Assembly (NCBI GenBank): GCA_963810725.1
Contig: CAWEOO010000008.1
Coordinates: forward strand, 57,081-121,080
Length of the DNA: 64,000 bases
Direction of reading: 5' to 3'
DNA from: an uncultured Chloroflexia bacterium
Lineage (GTDB): Bacteria; Chloroflexota; Limnocylindria; Limnocylindrales; CSP1-4
Shown here: positions 46,885-55,303 of the stretch, in pieces
Layout of the letters: each line of letters begins with the position of its first letter
How positions within the stretch are numbered: the first letter of the stretch is position 1
Translations under genes and position numbers: made by a program
The notes under the pieces: model-generated
The model's input: only the letters and a program-made list of their open reading frames with translations
Database searches by the model: none
Told to the model about the DNA's origin: nothing

Positions 46885-47499
46885 ATGATGGCCAGCGTGC
46901 CCGCCCTTGCGCTCGTCCTGACGATCGTCTGGATCGTGGCGGTCGCCGGGATCCGTGGCGTCATCGGGTACCGACGGACGGGTGAGGTCGCCCTTCGAGC
47001 CGGCGACCGCCCGGGGACGCCGCAGTGGTGGTCGCGGCTGCTGTCGGTGATCGGCGTGATCCTCGCGATCGGCGCTCCCGTGGCCGCCCTCAACGGCATG
47101 GAGCCGTTGGCGGCCCTTGGCCACAGCGCGGTTCACGTAGCCGGCGTCGCACTGGTCGTGCTCGGCATCGTCGGCACGCTGGTCTCGCAAAGGGCCATGG
47201 GCGACGCCTGGCGCGGCGACGTCGATCCTGAGGCGCGTACCGAGCTGGTGACGACCGGCCCGTTCCGCTACGTCCGAAACCCGATCTTCGTGGCCACGGC
47301 GGCGACGGCGTTCGGACTCGCGCTCCTGGTCCCCAACGTCCTGGCGCTCGGGATGCTGGTCGTGTTCCTGGCGTCTCTGCTGATCCAGGTCAGACTCGTC
47401 GAGGAACCGTACCTGCGGCGCGTCCACGGACCCGAGTACGATCGATATGCCGCCGGGACGGGCCGCTTCGTCCCACGGATCGGTCGGCGGCGGTCATAG
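46885..47499 (+). CDS. Isoprenylcysteine carboxyl methyltransferase (ICMT)/PEMT-family membrane methyltransferase
   Basis: Start is ATG 46885 (MMASVPALALVLTIVW...). It has 4-5 TMS and the family motif LVTTGPFRYVRNPIF...EEPYLRRVHGPEYDRY. Confidence 0.75.
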   Translation: MMASVPALALVLTIVWIVAVAGIRGVIGYRRTGEVALRAGDRPGTPQWWSRLLSVIGVILAIGAPVAALNGMEPLAALGHSAVHVAGVALVVLGIVGTLVSQRAMGDAWRGDVDPEARTELVTTGPFRYVRNPIFVATAATAFGLALLVPNVLALGMLVVFLASLLIQVRLVEEPYLRRVHGPEYDRYAAGTGRFVPRIGRRRS

Positions 47500-47519
47500 G
47501 CTGATCGGGCAGGAGCGAC

Positions 47520-48176
47520 GTGAGCGATTCGGGATTCCGACCAGCGATCCCCGGGGGCATCGTCGCCGGTGGCGTCGTCGCCATCGCGCGGCGTCTCACG
47601 GCCGAGGATGTGCCCCGAGTGGCCGACGCCCTCCTCGACGGCGGGGTACTGGCCTTCGAGATCACGTTGAACGAACCCATCGACTCGGCCCTGCGCGCGA
47701 TCGAGTCGATCGCGAGTCGGTCGCCTGATGTCGCCATCGGCGCTGGCACCGTCCTGTCGATCGCTAGCGCTGAACGCGCCATCAGCGCCGGCGCGACGTT
47801 CCTCGTCATGCCGCACACCGACGCCGAGCTCGTCGCCTGGGCGGCGGCGCGCGGGGTCTCGACCCTGCCCGGCGCCGCGACGCCGACCGAGGTGCTGGCC
47901 GCATGGCGTGCTGGGGCCGCCGCCGTGAAGGTGTTTCCAGCGTCGGTCGTCGGGTCGGCGTTCGTGCGCGAGTGCCGCGGGCCGTTCCCGGACATCCCGC
48001 TGGTGCCGAGCGGGGGCGTGACGGCGGAGACGGCCGCCGACTTCATCGCGGCCGGTGCCGCAGCGGTCGGCGTCGGGGGCTGGCTGATCGGCGACGCGGA
48101 GCCGGCCGGCGTGGCGGCCCGGGCGCGACGGATCGCGCAGGCGGTGGCGGCGGCCCGTGCCAGGATGGCGCGATGA
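47520..48176 (+). CDS. eda: 2-dehydro-3-deoxyphosphogluconate (KDPG/KHG) aldolase
   Basis: 218 aa with a GTG start. It has VVAIARR...GGVLAFEITLN...AIGAGTV...GATFLVMPH...LPGAATPTEV and the Schiff-base Lys context AVKVFPAS, then VPSGGV. Confidence 0.8.
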   Translation: MSDSGFRPAIPGGIVAGGVVAIARRLTAEDVPRVADALLDGGVLAFEITLNEPIDSALRAIESIASRSPDVAIGAGTVLSIASAERAISAGATFLVMPHTDAELVAWAAARGVSTLPGAATPTEVLAAWRAGAAAVKVFPASVVGSAFVRECRGPFPDIPLVPSGGVTAETAADFIAAGAAAVGVGGWLIGDAEPAGVAARARRIAQAVAAARARMAR

Positions 48177-49180
48177 CCGAAGGCGGCGCCACCCCGGCGG
48201 CCGAGGTCGTCACCCTCGGCGAGGCGCTCGTCTCGTTCGTGGCGACGACGCCCGGCCCGCTGGCCGAGGCTCGCGCGTTCGAGCGCCACATCGCCGGAGC
48301 GGAGGCGAATGTCGCCGTCGGGCTCACGCGACTCGGGCACTCGGTCGCCTTCATCGGGCGGGTCGGCGGCGACGGGTTCGGGACGGCGATCCGCCGCCAC
48401 CTTCGGGGCGAGGGCGTCGATGTGCGCCACCTGGCGACCGACCCGGAGGCTACGACCGGCATCATGTTCCGGGAGCGCCGCGCCCTCGGCGCGGTCAACG
48501 TGCTCTACGCGAGAGGCGGGTCCGCCGGGTCGCGCCTCGAGCCCGCGGACATCGAGCGAGCGGCCACTGATGGCACCTTCGCGGGGGCGCGCTGGCTCCA
48601 CCTGACCGGCATCACCCCCGCGCTGTCCGAGGGCGCGCGGGCGGCAGTCGTCCGTGCGCTCGAGTTCGCTCGCGCGGCGAACCTGACGGTCAGCCTGGAC
48701 GTGAATCTGCGCCGCCGCCTGTGGCCCGACGAGGTGGCGGCGCCGATCCTGCGGTCGATCGCCGCTGGCGCCGACGTCGTGCTGGGGAGTCCGGACGAGC
48801 TGGCGGCCATCGCGGGCCGGCCTGACGATGGCACGGTCGACTCGGCGGACCTGGCCCGTGCCGTCCTCGACCTTGGACCGAGCCTGGCCGTGGTCAAGCT
48901 CGGCAGTGGCGGGGCAGTCGCGCTGAACCGAGACGGCGAGCCCGTTGCCGTGCCAGCCATCGCCGTCCCCTGCGTCGTCGATCCCGTGGGTGCCGGCGAT
49001 GGGTTCTGTGCCGGCTTCATCGACGCGCGGCTCGCTGGAGCCGACCTTGCCGAAGCGCTCCGCGCGGCGAACGCCTGTGGCGCCTCCGCGGTCGCGGCGA
49101 GCGGGGACATGGCGGGCCTGCCGGAGCGCGCCGAGCTGGAGCGCCTGCTCGCGACCGGAGGCCGCGACACCCTTCGCTGA
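48173..49180 (+). CDS. kdgK: 2-dehydro-3-deoxygluconokinase (PfkB family sugar kinase)
   Basis: ATG 48173 overlaps the eda stop (ATGA). It has VVTLGEALVSF...GAEANVAVGLTRLGH...FIGRVGGDGFG and the C-terminal motif DPVGAGDGFCAGF. Confidence 0.8.
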   Translation: MTEGGATPAAEVVTLGEALVSFVATTPGPLAEARAFERHIAGAEANVAVGLTRLGHSVAFIGRVGGDGFGTAIRRHLRGEGVDVRHLATDPEATTGIMFRERRALGAVNVLYARGGSAGSRLEPADIERAATDGTFAGARWLHLTGITPALSEGARAAVVRALEFARAANLTVSLDVNLRRRLWPDEVAAPILRSIAAGADVVLGSPDELAAIAGRPDDGTVDSADLARAVLDLGPSLAVVKLGSGGAVALNRDGEPVAVPAIAVPCVVDPVGAGDGFCAGFIDARLAGADLAEALRAANACGASAVAASGDMAGLPERAELERLLATGGRDTLR

Positions 49181-49189
49181 GCGGCCGGA

Positions 49190-50209
49190 TCAACCGCCGG
49201 TCAGGGCCGTCTCGATGGCCTTGGCGTCCCAGGACGCGAGTGCCATGCGGACCCGCGCCCCGACCGTGGGGTCCGCCACTCCCCCACCCAGGGCATCGAG
49301 TCCCAGCAACGCGGCCCCGGCGACGGGCGGCGCATCCGACCGCACCAGCCGCGCCCGCGGCGCGATCGACTGCACGCCCGCCTCGATCCGCGAGAGGAAT
49401 GCCGCGTCGGGCGTCCGGAAGACCCCGCCGCCGAGGACGATCTCGGGATCGAGCCGTCGGAGGCGAAGCCGCCGGATCATCGCGCCGGCCATCACGACGA
49501 CCTCGTCCGCGAGGCGGTCGACGATCGCCCGCGCGGCTGCATCCCCGTCCATGGCCGCCGCGAACACCACCGGCGACAGCTCGCCGATGCGCCGCTCGCG
49601 CGACGCGCCGTTGTACATCGCCATCGTCAGCGCATGTGGCGATGCGAGCCCGAAGTGCGCCGGCACGGTCCGCTCCAGCACCGTCCGCGGCCCGCGGCCA
49701 TCGCGCGCCCGAACGGCGGCCGCGAGCCCCTGCCAGCCCACGTCGGTCGCCCCGCCCCAGTCTCCCGAGATCTCGCCAAGCGCATCGAGCCGGGCGGTGC
49801 GTCCATCGGGTGCGACGCCCGGCCGCATTGACCCCTTGGCCGCAGATCACGACGACGCCCCAGCCTCGGTCCGTGCCGGCACGGAGAGCCGCAAGGGTGT
49901 CGTTGCGAAGCAGGTCCGTCCGGGCGAAGCCCTGGGCCGCCAGCCGCGACCCAAGCTCCCGGATGTCGCGCGGCGTGTCCGCACCCGCCAGGCAATACAC
50001 GCCCACGTCGGCACGATCCGCACCGCCAGTCCGGCCTCGAGCCAGGCCTCCGCGACCAGCCCGGCCAGTCGCTGCATCCCGGCGTCGGCACCGACCTGCT
50101 GGTGGGACGTGGTGCGGCCACGGACCGCGGCCAGCAGGCGGCCATCGCCGTCAACCAGGGCGACGTCCGTCTTCGAGTTCCCGCCATCGACCGCCAGGAC
50201 CAGCGTCAC
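49190..50209 (-). pseudogene. BadF/BadG/BcrA/BcrD-type ATPase (N-acetylglucosamine-kinase-like), two compensating frameshifts
   Basis: GTG 50209 (VTLVLAVDGGNSKTDVALVDGDGRLL...) is in frame A down to about 50030. VGVYCLAGADTPRDIRELG...NDTLAALRAGTDRGWGVVVICGQGVNAAG is in frame B down to about 49820. VAPDGRTARLDALGEISGDWGGATDVG...EIVLGGGVF... is back in frame A to the stop at 49190. Confidence 0.65.
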
Positions 50210-50802
50210 GGCAAGGCGTCCAGCCGGACGAACTCGCCGCCCCGCGCGCGCACACCCTCGATGAGCGCCGGCAGGGCGAGGCCGGTGGCCGTGGTCCACG
50301 GATGGAGCAGGATCACCGCACCGTCGCCGTGGGCCAGCGCCGCGTCCGCGGCCTCGCGCGCGACGCCACGACCCGTCGCCACACTCCGCCAGTCGAGCCC
50401 GTCCACATCCCAACGCGTCTCGCGATAGCCGAGTCGCTCCAACGCGCCGAGCACGCCCGGATCATGGGTCCCGGCCCCGAACGGACAGCGGAACCACGGC
50501 CGCGGGTCCTGGCCGGTCGCTCGCCGGATCGCCCGTTCCGCGGCGCGCACGTCCGCCGCGATGCCCTTCGGGCTCAACAGCGACATGCGCGCGTGGTAGT
50601 GGGAGTGGTTACCCACGAGGTGCCCGCCGTCGGCGATCGAGCGGGCGAGGCTCGGGTACGCCTCGGCCCAGCGTCCCTGCACGAAGAACGATGCCGTGAC
50701 CCCGGTCGAGGCTAGCGTGTCGAGGACCTTCTCGGTGCCACCCGGTCGATGCCGCCGGTCCGGATGCTCCGCGTCGAACGTCAGCGCGACGCGGACCGTC
50801 AC
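50206..50802 (-). CDS. Polysaccharide deacetylase (NodB homology domain)
   Basis: GTG 50802 overlaps the upstream permease stop (GTGA). It has ALTFDAEHPD, ASFFVQGRW, GHLVGNHSHYH, RCPFG and ILLHP, which are NodB motifs 1-5. Its stop overlaps the next gene's GTG (50206-50209). Confidence 0.8.
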   Translation of the reverse strand: MTVRVALTFDAEHPDRRHRPGGTEKVLDTLASTGVTASFFVQGRWAEAYPSLARSIADGGHLVGNHSHYHARMSLLSPKGIAADVRAAERAIRRATGQDPRPWFRCPFGAGTHDPGVLGALERLGYRETRWDVDGLDWRSVATGRGVAREAADAALAHGDGAVILLHPWTTATGLALPALIEGVRARGGEFVRLDALP

Positions 50803-51902
50803 TTCTCCACGCCGGTGATGACGATGCCGCGGGTGAAGAACCGCTGGGTCAGCAGGAACGCCACGACGGGGATGACGAGCGTCATCAGCGTCCCGGCTTG
50901 GATGTACCCGGGCTCGCGGTAGTAGATGCCGTTGAACCGTTGCAGGCCGAGCGCCACGGTCTGGATGTCGGGCTTGCCGGCGGTATAGAGGAGGGGGCCG
51001 AAGAAGTCGTTCCACGAGTAGACGAGGTGGAACACGGCGACCGCCACCACCACCGGCCAGGCCTGCGGCAGGACCACGGAGATCAGCGTCCGGAACGGCC
51101 CTGCCCCGTCGATCGCGGCCGCCTCGTCCATCTCGGTCGGGATCGTCATGAAGTATTGGCGCATCAGGAATACGTCATAGGCGTTCGCGAAGAACGCGGG
51201 AACCAGGAGCGGCAGCCAGGTCCCGACCCACCCGATCCGCTGGAAGACGGTGTAGGTCGGGATGATCGTCACGGCGGCCGGCAGGAAGATCGTCGCGATC
51301 AGCAATGTGAAGAGCAGGCCGCGGCCGGGGAACCGGAACCGGGCGAACCCGTAGGCGACAAGCGTGCACGACAACAGCGTGCCGATGGTCGAGATGACCG
51401 CGATGACCACGGTGTTGAAGAGGAGACGCGGATAGTCGATGAGATCCCACACCCGCGCGAAGTTCTCGAAATGCGGTGCGAACTGCCAGACGGGTTCCAG
51501 CGCCCGCCACGATCCCTGCCACACGATCGGGGCCGCATCCGGTGCCGCCGGGTCGACGAACGTGCTCTGCCGGCGCAGCGGTTCGAGCAGGGCCAGCTGA
51601 CGCGTCGTCCCGTCCGGCATCGGGACATTCATGATGGTGAGATCCTCGCCGCCGTACGAGAACGTCAGCGGATCCGCCGGGTAGAGGGGACCGTGGGCCT
51701 GGGTGATCTGATCGAGGCTCTTCACGGAATAGGCCACGGAGCGGAGCAGCGGCGACAGGAACGCCGCCAGCAGCAGCACCGCGATGAGCGTGACGAGGAA
51801 CGACCGGCCGGTATCGCCGCGTTCGCGCGGCGGCCGGCTGCCGGTCGCCACCCGGCCGCGCCGCCGCAGGATCCCGCGGCGAGGGATCGACAGCGCGGTC
51901 AC
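50799..51902 (-). CDS. Carbohydrate ABC transporter permease (MalG/BPD_transp_1)
   Basis: 367 aa. It has the EAA-type loop MTIPTEMDEAAAIDGAGPFRTLISVVLP and 6 TMS, with an unusually long first periplasmic loop. Confidence 0.85.
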   Translation of the reverse strand: MTALSIPRRGILRRRGRVATGSRPPRERGDTGRSFLVTLIAVLLLAAFLSPLLRSVAYSVKSLDQITQAHGPLYPADPLTFSYGGEDLTIMNVPMPDGTTRQLALLEPLRRQSTFVDPAAPDAAPIVWQGSWRALEPVWQFAPHFENFARVWDLIDYPRLLFNTVVIAVISTIGTLLSCTLVAYGFARFRFPGRGLLFTLLIATIFLPAAVTIIPTYTVFQRIGWVGTWLPLLVPAFFANAYDVFLMRQYFMTIPTEMDEAAAIDGAGPFRTLISVVLPQAWPVVVAVAVFHLVYSWNDFFGPLLYTAGKPDIQTVALGLQRFNGIYYREPGYIQAGTLMTLVIPVVAFLLTQRFFTRGIVITGVEK

Positions 51903-52846
51903 CGCGCCTCACCGGCGTAATAGACCCAGCGCCGGGCCGTCCCGAACAGGACCAGCGTGATGGCCAGGGTGATCGCGAACAGGAGCCACGCGAGCGTCGC
52001 GCCGTATGACATGTTCTGGAAGGTGAAGAAGTTCTTGTAGAGGTACAGGTTGTAGAACATCGTCGATCCGCCGGGCTCGCCCGTGCCGTCCTGGAGGACG
52101 AGCGGCACGAGGAAGTACTGCATCACCTCGACCACCGACAAGACGATCGTGTAGAAGATGACCGGGGTCAGCATCGGGATCGTGATGTGGCGGAGCGAGG
52201 CCCACGCCCCGGCGCCATCGATCCTGGCGGCTTCATACAGGTCGGTCGGGATCCCCTTGAGCCCGGCCAGGTAGACGATCATCCCGGCGCCGATGCCCCA
52301 CACCCCGATGAGGGCGAGCCCGGGGTAGACCCACCCGGGATCTTCGAGCCACGGCGGCGGCTTCTCCACCCCGATCGCTTCGAGCGCGAGGTTGATCCAC
52401 CCGGTGCTCGGGTTGAGCATCCCACCCCAGATGAACACGCCGGCCACGAACGGCACGACGTAGGGCAGGAAGAACAGCACCCGGAATCCGCCCGAACCCA
52501 CCAGGTGCCTGGAATGGAGCAGCAGCGCGACCAACAGCGGCAGGATCACCGCGACCGGCAGCGCCAGCGCGGCGAACTTCAGGGTGATGGCCAGCGAATC
52601 CCAGACCTGCGGGTCCTTGATGAGGGTTTCGTAGTTCTTGAGCCCGACGAACCGCAGCGGTTCCGCCTGGGCGAGGTTGATGTTGGTGAATGAGAAGGCC
52701 AGCGTCGCGACCATCGGGATGGCCGTGAAGAGCAGGAACCCGATGATCCACGGCGCGATGAAGACGTACCCCCAGCGTGCGCGCCGCCAGCCCAGCCCGG
52801 AGAAGCGAGGCTGCCTGAGCGGTCGCGCGACGCTGGGGTTCGTCAT
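51899..52846 (-). CDS. Carbohydrate ABC transporter permease (MalF-like)
   Basis: 315 aa. It has the EAA loop LKGIPTDLYEAARIDGAGAWASLRHITIPML and 6 TMS. There is a 4-nt overlap with the downstream permease. Confidence 0.85.
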   Translation of the reverse strand: MTNPSVARPLRQPRFSGLGWRRARWGYVFIAPWIIGFLLFTAIPMVATLAFSFTNINLAQAEPLRFVGLKNYETLIKDPQVWDSLAITLKFAALALPVAVILPLLVALLLHSRHLVGSGGFRVLFFLPYVVPFVAGVFIWGGMLNPSTGWINLALEAIGVEKPPPWLEDPGWVYPGLALIGVWGIGAGMIVYLAGLKGIPTDLYEAARIDGAGAWASLRHITIPMLTPVIFYTIVLSVVEVMQYFLVPLVLQDGTGEPGGSTMFYNLYLYKNFFTFQNMSYGATLAWLLFAITLAITLVLFGTARRWVYYAGEAR

Positions 52847-52849
52847 GGA

Positions 52850-54334
52850 TCAGCTGCCGCCCGCGTCCCAGACGGCCTGCATCTCCGCTCGCAACGCCTC
52901 GATCTCGGCCGTCAGGTCGAGGCCGGGCGTCGTCTGCCACTTCGTGCCGTACTTGCTCAGCACGTCGAGGGATTGGTTGTAGGCGGGCATGTACGACTCG
53001 AAGTTCGGCACGTCGGCGAACGCGACGCCATCCTTTGCCACCTTCGTGTCGATCCCCTGGGTGTAGTCGGCAAACTGGGCCTCCAGGAACGCATCCTGCT
53101 TCGACTCCACGGCGGGCATCCCGCCATAGAGGCTGAGCAGGTCTGGGTTGCCGAGCAGGTACAGGAGCACTTCGAAGGCCTGGTCGGGATTCTTGCTCGT
53201 CTTCATGATCCGCCACGTGTCGGCGTTGAAGGCGGCCGTCGTCTTGCCGTTGTAGGCGGGCGTGGCCGCCATGTTCCAGTCGTCACCCGCATCGGAGACG
53301 CAGTACGTCGACCAGAGATAGTTCGTGCTCATCGCGACCTTGCCGGCGCAGAACGGGTAGCCAGCCGGATTGATGTCCGTGGTCTCGAAGATCGGGCCGG
53401 TCATGCTGAAGTGGTCCGTCCAGATGCCGTCGTAGAAGTGCTTCCACGCGGCTGCCCACGGCTCCGGGATCTGGACGGTCTTGCCATCCGCCGCCATGAA
53501 TGACCCCGCGCCCCAGTACGCGCCGGTCTGGCGCAGATCGTCGCGCTGCGGCTCGAAGCCCCACTGCACGATCTTCTCGGGATCGAAGCCTTCCTCGGTC
53601 GCGTCCTTGCCGCTCTCGTCCACGGTCAGGAGCTTGGCGATCTCCTTGACGGTCGCGTAGTCCCACGGCCGCTTCGAGCCGTCCGGCATCGTGTATTCGC
53701 TGTTCCACGCGTGCGGCGGCTCGGCGAGGCCGGCCTCCTTGAACATGTCGGCCTTGTAGAAGAGGACCGACGGATAGACGGCATACGGGATGCCGAGCTG
53801 GCCTTCGCCGCCGGCGTTGTACAGGTCGACGGTCGACGCCGGGAACTGGGTCATGTCGAAGCCGGCCTTGTCGATGTGGGGCTGCAGGTCGAGCCACTGG
53901 CCGTGGAACGCCTCCGCGCCGCCGATCCCGACCGGTCCGACGATGTCCGGGCCGTTGCCGGACGCGAGCATCGTGGAAAGCGCGTCGCGAGCGCCCTGAT
54001 AGATGAACCCTTCGAACTGCAGGTGGATGCCCTCGTGCGAGGCGTTGAAGTCCTCGGTCACCTTGAGCTCGACTTCGACCTGCTCGGGGGCGTCGCCCGT
54101 TCCCAGGCAGCAGTACCAGCGGATGACGACATCGCCCGGGTCCGGCTGCGAGCCCGTGACGGGCAATGGGGTCGCGACGGGTTCCGTCGACTCCGCCGGT
54201 CCCGATGGCTCAGCCGACCCCGCGGGCGGGGCCGATCCAGTCGGGGCCACGGATGTCGCGGTGGGCCCGCAGGCACCGACCAGCAGGGCCAGCACCGATA
54301 GCAGGACGGCGACCCGCCCGATCGTTCCTTGCAT
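52850..54334 (-). CDS. ABC transporter extracellular solute-binding lipoprotein (sugar family)
   Basis: Preferred start is ATG 54334 with GGAGGAG upstream. It has a lipobox (LALLVGAC), a Pro/Ser/Glu linker, and an SBP_bac_1-like body (IRWYCCLGTGDAPEQVE...). Confidence 0.85.
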   Translation of the reverse strand: MQGTIGRVAVLLSVLALLVGACGPTATSVAPTGSAPPAGSAEPSGPAESTEPVATPLPVTGSQPDPGDVVIRWYCCLGTGDAPEQVEVELKVTEDFNASHEGIHLQFEGFIYQGARDALSTMLASGNGPDIVGPVGIGGAEAFHGQWLDLQPHIDKAGFDMTQFPASTVDLYNAGGEGQLGIPYAVYPSVLFYKADMFKEAGLAEPPHAWNSEYTMPDGSKRPWDYATVKEIAKLLTVDESGKDATEEGFDPEKIVQWGFEPQRDDLRQTGAYWGAGSFMAADGKTVQIPEPWAAAWKHFYDGIWTDHFSMTGPIFETTDINPAGYPFCAGKVAMSTNYLWSTYCVSDAGDDWNMAATPAYNGKTTAAFNADTWRIMKTSKNPDQAFEVLLYLLGNPDLLSLYGGMPAVESKQDAFLEAQFADYTQGIDTKVAKDGVAFADVPNFESYMPAYNQSLDVLSKYGTKWQTTPGLDLTAEIEALRAEMQAVWDAGGS

Positions 54335-54381
54335 GCTCGTACTCCTCCATCTCGGTTGACCGCTCGATGATTTGCCCGATG

Positions 54382-55179
54382 TCATCGACTCGCTCCTCCT
54401 CTGCCTGGTGCGAACGCCTCCGTTCGTGGCGAGCTGGCCGGCCGCTCGACGTCGCGCTCCACGTAGTAGCGCGAGCGATCGCCGCGGACGAAGGTCCGGC
54501 CGAACTCGACCGCCGTGTCGTCGGCGGTGAACGCGATCCCTTCGATCAGGAGCGCGGCCGCGCCGCGGCGCTGGCCCAGGAGGCCTGCCTCCCGAGTTCG
54601 CAGGAGGACCGGCTCCAGGGCCTCGCGGGCGCGGACGACCGGGGTGCCGTAGCGGGTCGCCAGGATCTCGTACAGCGAGGCGTGCTCCAGGTCGCTGGCG
54701 AGGAGACCCGGGAACCGCTCGGCAGGTAGATGGACCTGTTCGAGGAGATATGGCTCACCGCCGGCGAGTCGGAGCCGCTCGAGGTACAGCGTCGGGGAGC
54801 CCGTCTCCACGCCCAACGCCGCGGCGACGGTCACGGTCGCCGACTCGGGGCGAGCGGAGATGAGGCGCGTCTCCGGATCGAGGCCACGCTCCTGCATCTC
54901 GTCGGCGAAGCTCGCGCGGCTCGCGATGTCGCGCTCCAGGCGCGGTCGAAGGACGTACGTGCCACGTCCGCGGGTGCGTTCGATCCGGCCTTGCTGGGCG
55001 AGCTCACTGAGTGCCCGGCGGACGGTGATCAGGCTCACGCCGTACTGCCGGGCGAGTTCTCGCTCCGGCGGGAGGCGGTCGCCCGGCTGCCAGGTTCGGT
55101 CGTCCAGGGAACCGCGCAGGTCGAGGTAGACCTGGTGGTGCATCGGGACGGGGCCGAGCGATACGCGGAAACGTGCCAT
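54382..55179 (-). CDS. GntR family transcriptional regulator (HutC subfamily, UTRA domain)
   Basis: Start is ATG 55179 (MARFRVSLGPVPMHHQVYLDLRGSL...). The wHTH is PGDRLPPERELARQYGVSLITVRRALSELAQQGRIERTRGRGTYV. A UTRA-like C-terminus follows. The upstream 278 codons of the track ORF are antisense to the GH4 gene. Confidence 0.85.
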   Translation of the reverse strand: MARFRVSLGPVPMHHQVYLDLRGSLDDRTWQPGDRLPPERELARQYGVSLITVRRALSELAQQGRIERTRGRGTYVLRPRLERDIASRASFADEMQERGLDPETRLISARPESATVTVAAALGVETGSPTLYLERLRLAGGEPYLLEQVHLPAERFPGLLASDLEHASLYEILATRYGTPVVRAREALEPVLLRTREAGLLGQRRGAAALLIEGIAFTADDTAVEFGRTFVRGDRSRYYVERDVERPASSPRTEAFAPGRGGASR

Positions 55180-55234
55180 TGCGGCGGGCGATCCCTCCGG
55201 TGTCTGGGGGAAGACCAGGGTTGCGCAGACCGCG

Positions 55235-55258
55235 ATTGCTGATAACGTTATAAGCAAT
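55235..55258. promoter_or_regulatory. 24-bp near-perfect palindrome, candidate GntR/HutC operator
   Basis: ATTGCTGATAACGTTATAAGCAAT has 11 of 12 matching arm positions. It lies in the divergent gntR / GH4 intergenic region. Confidence 0.45.
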
Positions 55259-55303
55259 CGTGTCAAGCCCCTGGCCTGCCGGCTTGATGGAATGGGAGGG
55301 CGG

